From positions 1,242,263 through 1,306,262 of the forward strand of contig CAWCLO010000004.1 of the NCBI GenBank assembly GCA_963796455.1: a DNA stretch of 64,000 nucleotides, given 5' to 3'. Positions 41,741-52,254 of this stretch are shown in pieces (positions within the stretch are counted from its first letter, which is position 1; the number at the start of each line of letters is the position of its first letter). Under the pieces are notes generated by a model. The model was not told the origin of the DNA, did no database searches, and worked only from the letters and a program-made list of their open reading frames with translations. Both the position numbers and the translations under genes were made by a program. Source of the stretch: Candidatus Sulfomarinibacteraceae bacterium (GTDB lineage: Bacteria > Acidobacteriota > Thermoanaerobaculia > Thermoanaerobaculales > Sulfomarinibacteraceae).

Positions 41741-41752
41741 CGGGCCGAGGGG

Positions 41753-44326
41753 CTACCGCGGCATCACGAAGATGGGATCCTCCGAGCTGCCGTCGATCAC
41801 GGTGAGATAGGCCAGGAAGGTTCCGTCGCCCTCGACAACGATGGTCCCCACCGGGTTGGGTGGGTTGTAACCACCGGAGCCGAAGAGCTCTTCAACCGAC
41901 AGATGGCGCATCGATCGAGCCGCGACCGTGACCGTGGTTTCGGCCGCCACGACCCCGTTGCCGTTGAGCAACTTGCAGTTGAAGCTCATCGCCTGATTGC
42001 CGGTGACCAGACCGACATTTGTACGGTAGTCATCGAGCATCCGCACTCCGGGGAGCACGGCTTTGTCATTGGACCACTCGGTCGAGGTGACGGTCCGGAC
42101 ACCGTTGCCGGAAGTGCCGCCATTCGGCCCTGCGGTCGAAACCCGCGAGGAAGCCGTTATCGAACCGGAAGCCTCGATCGCCAGGCTCCCCGTCCCGTTC
42201 ACGACTGCAAAAAGCGTCAGGAGGACATCGTCGATCCTGACGGTCTCGAAGGCATCCAGCTGAACATCTACCGGAGGCCACGGTCCGCCCGGAACCTTGT
42301 CGTTTTCGGCGTGGTACTCGATGGTGGCCACAACCGGGCCGCCGCTTGCATTCCAGAGCGACAATTCGGAGGTCCAGGGGGAGCCGGATTTTCCGATCTC
42401 CCTGGCCGCCACCGGCACCGTCCAGTTGCTTGACGGCCCCTTGCCGAGCACCACCGCCGAATCGGTCGACGAATTGTCGATCACCGTGGCGTTGGCGATC
42501 CCGGCCTGGTCCATGGTGACCCGGACGGTCATGGGCAGCGCCGAATACCCGAGATTCGGGAAGAGCTCCGACACCCGCCACTGCCCCTGTTCACCGGCAG
42601 TTACGGTTCGTTGCACACCCGATCCCACGAGCCCCTCATTGCTGCGGAACAGCTCGAAGGTCGCGCTGACATCGGCGCCAGATCCGGCAGTGACCGAAAC
42701 ATTCGAACGAAACCACATGTCGTTGACCAGACCCGGCATCGACACGGTATCGGCGCCAGGGACCTGATCGGAGGGCAGACCGGAACCGAGATTTCCGAAA
42801 GACTGCTGCGCATAGGTCCTCGTCACGATCACGGGATCCTCGCCATCCGTGTCATTCGAGAGGACACGCAGCGGGCCCTTTCCGTCACTGGATCCAAAAA
42901 GCCCGCCAACGATGTCGGGAAAAATCAGGGTCGAACTCCCGGGCAAGGAACGTGAGACGGTGATCTCCGAACCACCCGCAGGCTGATAGGTCATCTCCAA
43001 CACCGCGCTGCGATTTGTCGGGTTGGCGATGGTCACTTCGGATCGCCACGGCGTGCCGTCAACACCGTTGATGGATGCGATCACAGGCACCGTGACGCCA
43101 TCGATGGTCGCCATTGCCGAGGGGTAGAGATAGCGAGTGCAGGTTACGTCCAGGCCGTTGAACGGAGCGCAACAATTGGCGAACATCAACGAAGAGCTGT
43201 CGTCGGTATGGCCGAAGCCGAGCCCGTGCCCGAGTTCGTGGGTGATCACCAGCTCGAAAGTACTCAGCGAGAGACAGTTGCCGAGGCCGTTGTTGGCGAC
43301 CACGAACCACGAGCCCGCGGTGTACCAGGTTTCACCATCAAAAGCGTGTTGTGCACCAAACCACGGACCGCCGAATGCGAGTGTGCCGCTGCAGCTGTTG
43401 AGATCGTCGATCTCGTCACAGGGGTCGTTGAAGACCACGATGTCGTCACCGGAGTTGGGGTTGGACCCGTCCTCCCCATCGACACATGTCAAGGTGTAGT
43501 CCTTGGTCCCGGCGTATTCGAGGTTGAGATTCGTGCCACCGATCCCCATCCACCGATCGACCGCATTCTGGACCTGATCGAATCCTCCCCCCTCAAATGT
43601 CACATCACCCGTGCTGTCGGCCGAGATGGAGGCCGAACCGCCGTTGTCGAAGGTCTCCCAACGAATCGGAGTGCCCTCGTAGCTGAGAATCGCGCAGCCG
43701 TTCGGAGCGGCTTTGAGCTGTTTCCAGATATGGGCGGAGCGGGCCATCATGCCGTCCCACTCCCAGCCCAGCTCTCCTGCCAGGGACCGGTGAAGCTGTT
43801 CGAGGAACAGCTTTTCGTCAACCGGTGCCGGAATCATCCCGATCCCGGGGGTGGCGACACCCAACCGTTTCAGTCCGCGAGCTTCCTCCATCGGCACCAG
43901 CACCGCAGCGCCCTTCGAATCGAGTTCACGCCGCAGCACGCTGTCCGCCAGCAAACGCGGACGCAGACGGCCATCGAGGCCGATGCCGGCGAATATCAGA
44001 TAGTCCTGGCCTTTTGCCAATCTCGGCGACCCTTCGACGGCCCAGCCCATTCCATCGGTGGCGCCACCAGGCACCAGGACCTCGGCGATCTCGCCGACCG
44101 TCAACGAGCCCGAAACCACCGACAGCACCTCGACCTCGGTCACGGTCGAAAGCATGCCCGACCGGGCCACCGGCCGGCTCGAACCGGCGCGGACAAAGAC
44201 GACCGCATCGCAATGGCGTGCCTCCTCACCGGGATCGGCGGCGGGTATGACAGTGGTCGCTGCCGCCGGATACGCAAAAACGAGGATCACAAAGGACAAC
44301 AGGATTCGGGCTGAAGGCGAAGACAT
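41753..44326 (-). CDS. Secreted metzincin (matrixin/M10-like) protease with prodomain and duplicated C-terminal domain
   Basis: Signal peptide; HELGHGLGFGH plus Met-turn SSLM; two repeats starting VPV.A...G..G.PW.SE. Confidence 0.85.
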   Translation of the reverse strand: MSSPSARILLSFVILVFAYPAAATTVIPAADPGEEARHCDAVVFVRAGSSRPVARSGMLSTVTEVEVLSVVSGSLTVGEIAEVLVPGGATDGMGWAVEGSPRLAKGQDYLIFAGIGLDGRLRPRLLADSVLRRELDSKGAAVLVPMEEARGLKRLGVATPGIGMIPAPVDEKLFLEQLHRSLAGELGWEWDGMMARSAHIWKQLKAAPNGCAILSYEGTPIRWETFDNGGSASISADSTGDVTFEGGGFDQVQNAVDRWMGIGGTNLNLEYAGTKDYTLTCVDGEDGSNPNSGDDIVVFNDPCDEIDDLNSCSGTLAFGGPWFGAQHAFDGETWYTAGSWFVVANNGLGNCLSLSTFELVITHELGHGLGFGHTDDSSSLMFANCCAPFNGLDVTCTRYLYPSAMATIDGVTVPVIASINGVDGTPWRSEVTIANPTNRSAVLEMTYQPAGGSEITVSRSLPGSSTLIFPDIVGGLFGSSDGKGPLRVLSNDTDGEDPVIVTRTYAQQSFGNLGSGLPSDQVPGADTVSMPGLVNDMWFRSNVSVTAGSGADVSATFELFRSNEGLVGSGVQRTVTAGEQGQWRVSELFPNLGYSALPMTVRVTMDQAGIANATVIDNSSTDSAVVLGKGPSSNWTVPVAAREIGKSGSPWTSELSLWNASGGPVVATIEYHAENDKVPGGPWPPVDVQLDAFETVRIDDVLLTLFAVVNGTGSLAIEASGSITASSRVSTAGPNGGTSGNGVRTVTSTEWSNDKAVLPGVRMLDDYRTNVGLVTGNQAMSFNCKLLNGNGVVAAETTVTVAARSMRHLSVEELFGSGGYNPPNPVGTIVVEGDGTFLAYLTVIDGSSEDPIFVMPR

Positions 44327-44424
44327 GATATCCAGTATTGATCTTTGGGTCTTTCGGATCAACAGCAAAGGGTGAGACAAATCACCTATTGACCGAAAAT
44401 TAACGTGGATCCGATTGAAGACCC

Positions 44425-44637
44425 GTGGGCGGGCCCTAAAGGACCCGCCTACAAAGCTCAGCGCCTGATGATGTCATCCTGAGCGGAGCCCGCGACTCCG
44501 ATGTCTCATGAGTGCTCGGGCCGCCTCACGACGTCGTCCCCAGCGGAGCACGCGACCCCGATGTCTACCAAGTGCTTACCACGCCTAATGATGTCATCCT
44601 GAGCGCAGCCCGCCCTGGGGCGGAGTCGAAGGATCTA
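44425..44637. repeat. GTAG-type REP (44425-44452) followed by three 60-bp-spaced GATGTCATCC units ending in an intact palindrome arm
   Basis: Units start at 44470, 44530, 44590. Confidence 0.8.
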
Positions 44638-44657
44638 TGGGATGGAGGAGCGAAGAA

Positions 44658-46172
44658 TCAAGATGACTGCGGCGGCTTCTCCAGGCGCTCATAGACCTCG
44701 AGCAGGCCCCGCAGACGCTCCCGCACATCTTCGCCGAGCATCGCCGGGGTGATCCGGAAGCGCCAATTGCCCTCCCCTACCGCCGGCGTGTTCATACGGC
44801 AATCGCCGCCGAGACCCAGCAGGTCCTGGTGCGGAACAATGGCGGTTTCAGCCACCGAACCCAGCGCCATCCGGATCAGATCCCAATGGACCTCGCTGCC
44901 GCCGCTACCAGCATAGCCTCTGACCAGCTCCGCCTCCTCGTCACTGGCATCTTCGAGATACCAGCCCACCGAGGTGTTGTTGTCGTGGGTCCCGGTATAA
45001 ACCACCAGATTCCGCTGGTGGTTGTACGGGATGAAGGTCGATCGCGGTTCGGGGTCGAAGGCGAAGTGGAGGATGGCCATCCCCGGCAGACCCAGCTCGT
45101 CGCGCAGCTCGACCACATCGGGCGAGATCTCGCCGAGATCCTCCGCCACCAGCGGCAAGGAGCCGAGAGCCTCCCGTAAGGCGTCGAAGAAGGGCATCCC
45201 AGGGCCCTTGCGCCATCTTCCGTTGATGGCCGTTTCCTCGTCCGCCGGAACCTCCCAATAACCCGCAAATCCGCGGAAATGATCCAAGCGCACCAGATCA
45301 ACCATCTCGAGCACGTGGCGCACCCGGTCAATCCACCACGAATAACCGTCGCCCGCCATCCGCTCCCAGTCGTAGATCGGGTTCCCCCAGAGTTGACCGG
45401 TATCCGAGAAATAGTCGGGAGGCACGCCGGCGACCACGGTCGGCCGCAGATTGTCATCGAGCAGAAAGAGCTCGGGGTGAGCCCACACATCCGCCGAATC
45501 ACCGGCCACAAAGATCGGGATATCGCCAAAGATCCCGACCCCGGCGTTGGCGGCAACCGAATGCAGGGCGCCCCATTGACGGAAAAAGAGCATCTGACAG
45601 AACTCGACGAACTCGATCTCCTCGCCGTGATTTTCCCGCCACTCCGCGATGGCAGAGGATTCGCGCATGGCGAGCGGTTGCGGCCACTCGTACCAGGCCG
45701 CTCCCTGGTGCGCGTCGCGCAGCGCACGAAAAAGGGCATAGTCTGTAAGCCAGCTGCCGTGCAGGATCCGAAAGGCGTCGAGATCGCGTTCGATCTCCTT
45801 GAATGCACCCTCTTTGCAGCGTGCAAAGGCCCGGCGCAGCATCTCGAGCTTGAAGGGCACCACCTCATCGAACTCGACCCACTCGTCCGGCAACTCGGGC
45901 GCCATTTCGAGATCCTCTTGACTCAGCAGGCCGTCTTCGGCTAGGAGTTCCGGGCTCACCAGCAGTTCGTTGCCTGCAAAGGTGGAGATCGCCGAATAGG
46001 GCGAATTTCCCGGTCCGGGTGGGTGGAGGGGCAGGACCTGCCACCACCGCACACCGGCTGCCGCCAGCCAGCGCACATAGGCGGCGGCACTCGGGCCCAG
46101 ATCGCCGATCCCGAATCGGGACGGCAAAGAGGTCGGATGAAGGATGACGCCGGCCGTGCGTTGGTTTGCCAT
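44658..46172 (-). CDS. malQ: 4-alpha-glucanotransferase (GH77)
   Basis: GVILHPTSLP; GVPPDYFS.TGQLWGNP; RLDHFRGF; AEDLG; YTGTHDN. Confidence 0.95.
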   Translation of the reverse strand: MANQRTAGVILHPTSLPSRFGIGDLGPSAAAYVRWLAAAGVRWWQVLPLHPPGPGNSPYSAISTFAGNELLVSPELLAEDGLLSQEDLEMAPELPDEWVEFDEVVPFKLEMLRRAFARCKEGAFKEIERDLDAFRILHGSWLTDYALFRALRDAHQGAAWYEWPQPLAMRESSAIAEWRENHGEEIEFVEFCQMLFFRQWGALHSVAANAGVGIFGDIPIFVAGDSADVWAHPELFLLDDNLRPTVVAGVPPDYFSDTGQLWGNPIYDWERMAGDGYSWWIDRVRHVLEMVDLVRLDHFRGFAGYWEVPADEETAINGRWRKGPGMPFFDALREALGSLPLVAEDLGEISPDVVELRDELGLPGMAILHFAFDPEPRSTFIPYNHQRNLVVYTGTHDNNTSVGWYLEDASDEEAELVRGYAGSGGSEVHWDLIRMALGSVAETAIVPHQDLLGLGGDCRMNTPAVGEGNWRFRITPAMLGEDVRERLRGLLEVYERLEKPPQSS

Positions 46173-46210
46173 ATGGCTCCATCCTACCTCGGACCGGCCT
46201 TCCTGCCGTC

Positions 46211-46590
46211 GCAGAGGAGCAAGGGAGAAAGGGAGAAACGGGGAAAGGGAGAACCACTCTTCACGAATATCCCCTGTATGTAGCTGCCGCCCCAAGATGT
46301 CATCCTGAGCGCAGCCCGCCCTGGGGCGGAGTCGAAGGATCTATGAGATGGACCAAAGCCCCCGTGTCCGCAGATCCTTCGACTCGGCCGTCGGACGGCC
46401 TCCCTCAGGATGACATCTTGAACGATCGTGCCGCTCCCGAAACGAAGAAACCAGCCTTAACGGCTGGTCGTTCGTGATAAGGGCCGAGTCTCCCTTTCTC
46501 CCTTTCTCCCTTTCTCCCTTTCCTCTTCTCCCTTTCTCCCTTCTCCCTCTCTCCCTTTCTCCTCTCCCTTTCTCCCTTTCTCCTCTGCCC
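46211..46590. repeat. Composite spacer: GGGAGAAA array | palindrome (46296-46417) | TTTCTCCC array (about 12 units)
   Basis: Left and right arrays are inverted complements. Confidence 0.85.
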
Positions 46591-46653
46591 GAAACGGGAA
46601 CGAAGTCCCCGATTCCTGTGTTACCGTTTTCTGTCAGCAATTGGGGGGAAGAA

Positions 46654-49125
46654 TTGCATCCTGAAGTCCATCTGAAACAACCGACGCCCGAAGAGTTCCG
46701 CGAGCGCTTTCTCCACTATCTCCGCTACACCAGCGGCATCGAACTCCGCCACGCACGGGCTGCCGATCATCTGGCGGCTCTCGAACGTGCGGTGCGCGAG
46801 ACGATGATCGATCGGGCGATCCTCACCAGCCGTACTTACGACAAACAACGTCCGAAGACGGTCCACTACCTGTCGATGGAGTATCTGCTCGGGCGCTTGA
46901 TGCACAACAACCTGATCGCCACCGGTCTGCTCGACACCGCGCGCGACGCGATGCAGCTGCTCGGGCTCTCGCTCGACACCATCATCGAGGAAGAGCCCGA
47001 CCCCGGGCTCGGCAATGGTGGCCTCGGCCGTCTCGCCGCTTGTTTCCTCGATTCGCTCGCGACCCTCGACTATCCCGCCTATGGCTATGGCCTGCGTTAC
47101 GAGTTCGGGATGTTCCGTCAGGCGTTCCAGGACGGCTGGCAGGTCGAACAGGCCGACACCTGGCTCGAGGGAGGCTTCCCCTGGGAAGTGGCCCGCCGTG
47201 ATCTGACGGTTCCGGTGCGCGTCGGCGGACAGGTCGACTGGTCGGCGACCGAAGACGGCAAGCACAAACCGAGCTGGGAGGGTTACCGGGTCGCCTACGG
47301 CATCCCCTACGACGTGCTGGTTGCGGGCTACGACACCAACACGGTCTCGATCCTCCGTCTGTGGTGCGCCCAGGCCGGTTCGGAGTTCGATTTCCACATC
47401 TTCTCCCGCGGCAACTATGTCCAGGCGGTGGCCGAGCGCGAGCGCGTCGAGGCCGTCACCCGCGTCCTTTATCCCGCCGACGACATCGAGGCCGGCCGCC
47501 GGTTGCGCCTGCTCCAGGAGTACTTCCTGGTGGCGTGCTCGGTGCGCGACGTGATGGATCGTTTCAAACGCCGCTTTGGCGAGGCCTGGGAGCTTCTGCC
47601 CGACGCGGTCTCGTTCCAGCTCAATGACACCCACCCGGCATTGACCGTTGCCGAGGTGATGCGATTCCTGGTCGATGAGGCCGGTGTGAACTGGGCACCG
47701 GCGTGGGAGATCACCCAGGCCACCTGCTCTTACACCAATCACACCCTGCTGCCCGAAGCTCTCGAAACCTGGCCGGTTTCGCTGATGGAACCGTTGATCC
47801 CGCGCCACGTCCAGATCATCTACGAGATCAACCGCCGCTTCATGGAGTCGATCAACAAGAAATTCACCGGCGAACCGGATCGTCTGCGCCGAATGTCGAT
47901 TCTGCAGGAAGACGGCGACAAGAGATTCCGTATGGCCAACCTGGCCATCATCGGCAGCCACAAGGTCAACGGCGTGGCCAAGCTCCACACCGAGCTCCTA
48001 CGGACCCGTGTGGTCAAGGACTTTGCGGATCTCTGGCCCGAGAAGTTCCTGCCGGTCACCAACGGCGTCACCCCGCGGCGTTGGCTGATGGCCTGCAACC
48101 CGAGGTTGGCCTCGGCCATCACCAACCGCATCGGTGACGGGTGGGCCTCGGATCTCAACCGGCTCGCAGAACTCGCCCCCTTTGCCGACGACCCGGCCTT
48201 TCGCGACGAGTTTCTGGCGATCAAACACGCCAACAAACAGGATCTGGCGGCATTGGTCGATGAACTGACCGGCATCGAACTCGACCCCGACTCGCTCTAC
48301 GACGTGCAGATCAAACGCCTGCATGAGTACAAACGCCAACTTCTCAACATCATGCATGTGATCCTGCTCTATCGTCGGATCAAGGCGAATCCCTCAGCAG
48401 AGGTCCAACCGCGCAGCTTCATCTTTGGTGCCAAGGCCGCGCCGTCCTACCACATGGCCAAGGAGATCATCCGGCTGATCAACGGGGTCGCCGAGGTCGT
48501 CAACGACGACTCCGATGTGGACGGGCGGATCAAGGTTGTCTTCGTGCCCGATTACCGGGTCACCCTGGCCGAAAAGATCATCCCCGCCGCCGATCTCTCC
48601 GAGCAAATCTCCACCGCCGGGATGGAGGCTTCGGGCACCGGCAACATGAAGCTGGCGCTCAACGGCGCCCTCACCATCGGTACCCTCGACGGCGCGAATA
48701 TCGAGATCAAGGACGCGGTCGGCGACGATAACATCTTCATCTTCGGCTACACCGCCCAGGAGGTGGAGACGGCGCTGACCACCGGTGCGCACCAGCCATG
48801 GGTGCTCTATCGCGCCGATGAGGAGCTTGCGGGGGTGATCGACGATCTTCGGGACGGCACCTTCGTCGGCGGCAATGCCGGGTTGCTGCGGAATATCTGG
48901 TCTTCGTTGATGGAACACGGTGATCGTTATCTCTGTCTCGCCGACTTCCGCTCCTATGTCGAGGCGCAGGAACAGGCGGCGGCGCTTTATGCCGATCGCC
49001 ACGCCTGGGCCACGGCCGCAATCCGCAATGTGGCGGCGATGGGATATTTCTCGTCCGATCGAGCGATCACCGAGTATGCGGAGAAGATCTGGAATCTCGA
49101 GCCGGTCGAGGTGAGTGAGGGCTAG
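46654..49125 (+). CDS. glgP: Glycogen/starch phosphorylase (GT35)
   Basis: YLSMEY; GLGNGGLGRLAACF; QLNDTHP; QIKRLHEYKRQ; PLP site EASGTGNMK; TTG start inferred. Confidence 0.95.
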   Translation: MHPEVHLKQPTPEEFRERFLHYLRYTSGIELRHARAADHLAALERAVRETMIDRAILTSRTYDKQRPKTVHYLSMEYLLGRLMHNNLIATGLLDTARDAMQLLGLSLDTIIEEEPDPGLGNGGLGRLAACFLDSLATLDYPAYGYGLRYEFGMFRQAFQDGWQVEQADTWLEGGFPWEVARRDLTVPVRVGGQVDWSATEDGKHKPSWEGYRVAYGIPYDVLVAGYDTNTVSILRLWCAQAGSEFDFHIFSRGNYVQAVAERERVEAVTRVLYPADDIEAGRRLRLLQEYFLVACSVRDVMDRFKRRFGEAWELLPDAVSFQLNDTHPALTVAEVMRFLVDEAGVNWAPAWEITQATCSYTNHTLLPEALETWPVSLMEPLIPRHVQIIYEINRRFMESINKKFTGEPDRLRRMSILQEDGDKRFRMANLAIIGSHKVNGVAKLHTELLRTRVVKDFADLWPEKFLPVTNGVTPRRWLMACNPRLASAITNRIGDGWASDLNRLAELAPFADDPAFRDEFLAIKHANKQDLAALVDELTGIELDPDSLYDVQIKRLHEYKRQLLNIMHVILLYRRIKANPSAEVQPRSFIFGAKAAPSYHMAKEIIRLINGVAEVVNDDSDVDGRIKVVFVPDYRVTLAEKIIPAADLSEQISTAGMEASGTGNMKLALNGALTIGTLDGANIEIKDAVGDDNIFIFGYTAQEVETALTTGAHQPWVLYRADEELAGVIDDLRDGTFVGGNAGLLRNIWSSLMEHGDRYLCLADFRSYVEAQEQAAALYADRHAWATAAIRNVAAMGYFSSDRAITEYAEKIWNLEPVEVSEG

Positions 49126-49143
49126 AGAGAGGCGTGGATCTCA

Positions 49144-49833
49144 TAGATCCTTCGACTCCGCCCCAGGGCGGGCTCCGCTCAGGATGACATCGGGAAGCGA
49201 CATTCGCGCCCTTTGGACATCCGGGTCACCGGTTCCGCTTCGAATGACATCAAGAGGCGCCATTCGCGCCCATTAGCCGCTCGAGACCATCGCATCCGAG
49301 GGTCAGGAGTGCCACTTCAATATGTCATCCTGAGCGCAGCAAACGCCTCGATGTTTCCCAAGAACCCGCGGCCCTTCATGATGTCATCCTGAGCGGAGCC
49401 GCCCTGGGGCGGAGTCGAAGGATCTATCGCGCGCTCGGGAGTTACCCAAGGCCGCAGATCTTGCGGCTTCGCGCCGTAGACGCCCCGTTGTCTCCCAAGA
49501 ACCCGCGGCCCTTCATGATGTCATCCTGAGCGGAGCCGCTCTGGGCGGAGTCGAAGGATCTATCGCGCGCTCGGGAGTTACCCAAGGCCACAGATCCTGC
49601 GACTTCGCGCCGTAGACGCCTCGATGTTTCCCAAGAACCCGCGGCCCTTCATGATGTCATCCTGAGCGGAGCCGCTCTGGGCGGAGTCGAAGGATCTATC
49701 GCGCGCTCGGGAGTTACCCAAGGCCGCAGATCTTGCGGCTTCGCGCCGTAGACGCCCCGTTGTCTCCCAAGAACCCGCGGCCCTTCATGATGTCATCCTG
49801 AGCGGAGCCGCTCTGGGCGGAGTCGAAGGATCT
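49144..49833. repeat. Palindrome arm with 60-bp tail (49144-49290), then a tandem array of ~136-bp units, each starting with a TGTCATCCTGAGC...GTCGAAGGATCT arm
   Basis: Arms at 49382, 49519, 49655, 49791; inter-arm sequences nearly identical, alternating A/B variants. Confidence 0.9.
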
Positions 49834-49865
49834 ATGGCATGCGCGGAAACGTCTCGAAACCGGTG

Positions 49866-50882
49866 CTATGCAACGCACCAATACTCACGCCCCTCGCGAA
49901 GCCCCCTCGCATTGAGGGCGTCACGGATGATCTGCCTCGCCCCACGCGAGGCCACGGCGACCAGAACCAAGGTTCCTTCGCCCACAAAAATCGCCGGGTC
50001 GCCCGCATCCTTGATCGGAATCTCACGAAGCGTCGATCCGATCTTCTCGGGGTCGATATCGAGGAAACACTCGATCTCGGCGCCGCCACGCAGAAGATGC
50101 TTTGAAAGCCGCCGCCCGGTCTGGCCGGCACCCCATACGATCAATCTTTGGCATTCGGTCAACGGACCGCTGAGCAGGTACTTCGCCTTGCAGCGAAGGA
50201 AATTCTCCACCGAATAACGACCGTCAACCTTCGTCAAACGTTCGGTATGATCCCTCCAAAAGAAAAGGAAACGTTCGATCTTCGAAAAACTGACCCCGGC
50301 CTCGAGCATGCGCAGCCAGAGATCGAAATCCTCCGGCCAACCATTGTCTTCATAGCCCCCCACCTTGGTCATCAACTCTCGCCGCACCATCACCGACGGA
50401 TGGGCCACCGGCGATTCGACAAAACGCTCCCGACCGATGGTCTCCGGTGTACACAATGAGTTGAGCCAGCTCTCGTAAATACGAAAGCCCTCACCCACCC
50501 CGTGCCAACGGAAGTGCCGGACCCAGCTCGAAACCACGCCCACCCAAGGCATCTCCTCGAGTTCGGCGACCTGAAGCTCCAGGCGCCGCGGGTGGCTGAT
50601 ATCGTCGGCGTCCATCCGGGCGACGAAGGGCGCCCGGCAGTGCTCGAGCCCGTTGTTCAGGGCCTCCACCAGACCTTTCGGCTCCTGTCGGATGAGGTTG
50701 ACGCGCTCGTCATCGGAGGCCCATTTTTCGAGCAGTTCGCGCGACCCGTCTTCGGAACCGTCATCCACCACCACCACCTCGAAATTGGTGAGGGTCTGTC
50801 GATTCAGGCTCGCGATGCACTGTTCGAGATAGTCCTTGGCGTCGCGGACCGGGAGCAAAACGGAAACAAGCGGTTCGGCCAT
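49866..50882 (-). CDS. Glycosyltransferase family 2 with C-terminal Rossmann-like domain
   Basis: VSVLLPV; VVDDGSED; ARMDADD; HPSVM; EDFDLWLR; WGAG. Confidence 0.9.
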   Translation of the reverse strand: MAEPLVSVLLPVRDAKDYLEQCIASLNRQTLTNFEVVVVDDGSEDGSRELLEKWASDDERVNLIRQEPKGLVEALNNGLEHCRAPFVARMDADDISHPRRLELQVAELEEMPWVGVVSSWVRHFRWHGVGEGFRIYESWLNSLCTPETIGRERFVESPVAHPSVMVRRELMTKVGGYEDNGWPEDFDLWLRMLEAGVSFSKIERFLFFWRDHTERLTKVDGRYSVENFLRCKAKYLLSGPLTECQRLIVWGAGQTGRRLSKHLLRGGAEIECFLDIDPEKIGSTLREIPIKDAGDPAIFVGEGTLVLVAVASRGARQIIRDALNARGLREGREYWCVA

Positions 50883-50963
50883 GACGAAGAAGACTAACAA
50901 TTCTCGCCGAGAAATGTTGCGTCCTGGATCACCGTCAGCTACATTTTGCCCCTCCGGGAAATC

Positions 50964-52160
50964 ATGAAACAGTCAAAACTCCGCTTTGTCATTCTCACCC
51001 TCGGGCTCACCATCCTGGCCGGGTGCTCGAGCATCCATCGCAACCCGGTGCCTGTCGGAGCAGCGGACCGAGCGGTCGTCCCGGGAATGCAAGATATTCG
51101 CGATTGGGGCGACGAACCGAGCGCTCACTTCCAGGAAGACCTCATCGAAAGCGTGCGCACCGAGCTTGCGGCCCTGGAAGAAAGCGGCGACACCGGCACT
51201 ACCGGCGCCCTGGTCCTCTCGGGTGGCGGTTCGAACGGCGCCTTTGGAGCCGGTTTTCTGAACGGCTGGTCCGATGCCGGCACCCGACCGGTCTTCAAAT
51301 TGGTGACCGGCATCTCCACCGGTGCGCTGTTGGCCCCATTCGCGTTTCTCGGTCCCGACTACGACTCCGATATGGAACGGCTCTACACCACCACGACCAA
51401 CAAAGAGATCTACAAGATCCGAAGCCCATTCACCGCCCTCAAGAAGGACTCCCTCGCCCGCACCGACCGCTTTGCAAAGACCCTCGAAACCATCATCGAC
51501 GCACCCCTGCTCGCCGAGATCGCCGCCGAGCACCGGCGCGGGCGCAGACTGTTTGTTGGGACGACCAACCTCGATGCCCAACGGCTCGTTGTGTGGAACA
51601 TGGGGGCGATTGCCGCCAGCGAGGATCCCCACGCCCTCGATCTGTTCCGCCAGGTGATGCTCGCTTCAGCATCGATCCCGGTCGCGTTCCCTCCGGTGTA
51701 TATCCCGGTCCAGGTTGACGGCGCGTTTTACGACGAAATGCATGTCGATGGCGGGGTGATCGCCGAGCTGTTCCTGTGGGGCGCGATGGTCGACATCTCC
51801 GAAGCGATGACCGAACTCGGTGTCAGCCCCGAGCGCGCGAAGTCGATGGAGATCTACATCATCCGCAATTCTCAGATCGACCCCGAACCGGTCCAGGTCG
51901 AATCAAAACTGGTGGACATCGCCTCGCGCTCGATGATCACGCTGCTCAAGGCGGTGGCGATGGGTGACCTCGTCCGGGTTTGGGCCCGGGCGAATGAGGC
52001 TGGGGTCGGTTTCAACTACATCGGAATCCCGCCCGAACACCCCGAGGCCGATTCCAGCACATTCGACCCTGACGATATGCGGCGGCTGTACGACCTCGGG
52101 CACTCCATGGCCCTCGAACAGAACCCGTGGCGAACGGATCCGCCGGCCATCGCTCAGTAA
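50964..52160 (+). CDS. Patatin-like phospholipase lipoprotein
   Basis: Lipobox LAGC; LSGGGSNGAF; GISTG nucleophile; ASASIP; VDGG. Confidence 0.9.
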   Translation: MKQSKLRFVILTLGLTILAGCSSIHRNPVPVGAADRAVVPGMQDIRDWGDEPSAHFQEDLIESVRTELAALEESGDTGTTGALVLSGGGSNGAFGAGFLNGWSDAGTRPVFKLVTGISTGALLAPFAFLGPDYDSDMERLYTTTTNKEIYKIRSPFTALKKDSLARTDRFAKTLETIIDAPLLAEIAAEHRRGRRLFVGTTNLDAQRLVVWNMGAIAASEDPHALDLFRQVMLASASIPVAFPPVYIPVQVDGAFYDEMHVDGGVIAELFLWGAMVDISEAMTELGVSPERAKSMEIYIIRNSQIDPEPVQVESKLVDIASRSMITLLKAVAMGDLVRVWARANEAGVGFNYIGIPPEHPEADSSTFDPDDMRRLYDLGHSMALEQNPWRTDPPAIAQ

Positions 52161-52187
52161 CGCCCTGCACGAATCTTCATCTCGAGG

Positions 52188-52216
52188 TGCAGGCGGGTTC
52201 TCGAGGGCCCGCCTAC
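52188..52216. repeat. GTAG-type REP-like hairpin between convergent genes
   Basis: aggcgggttctcgagggcccgcctac; related to 44425-44452 and 27361-27392. Confidence 0.6.
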
Positions 52217-52254
52217 AAGAATGTTCGCCAGCGGCCGGTTCTAGAGAGACCCAC

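Noticed and set aside
49322..49833. CRISPR array
   Set aside because: The intervening ~90-bp sequences are near-identical rather than unique, the repeat is the dispersed palindrome arm, and no cas genes are present.
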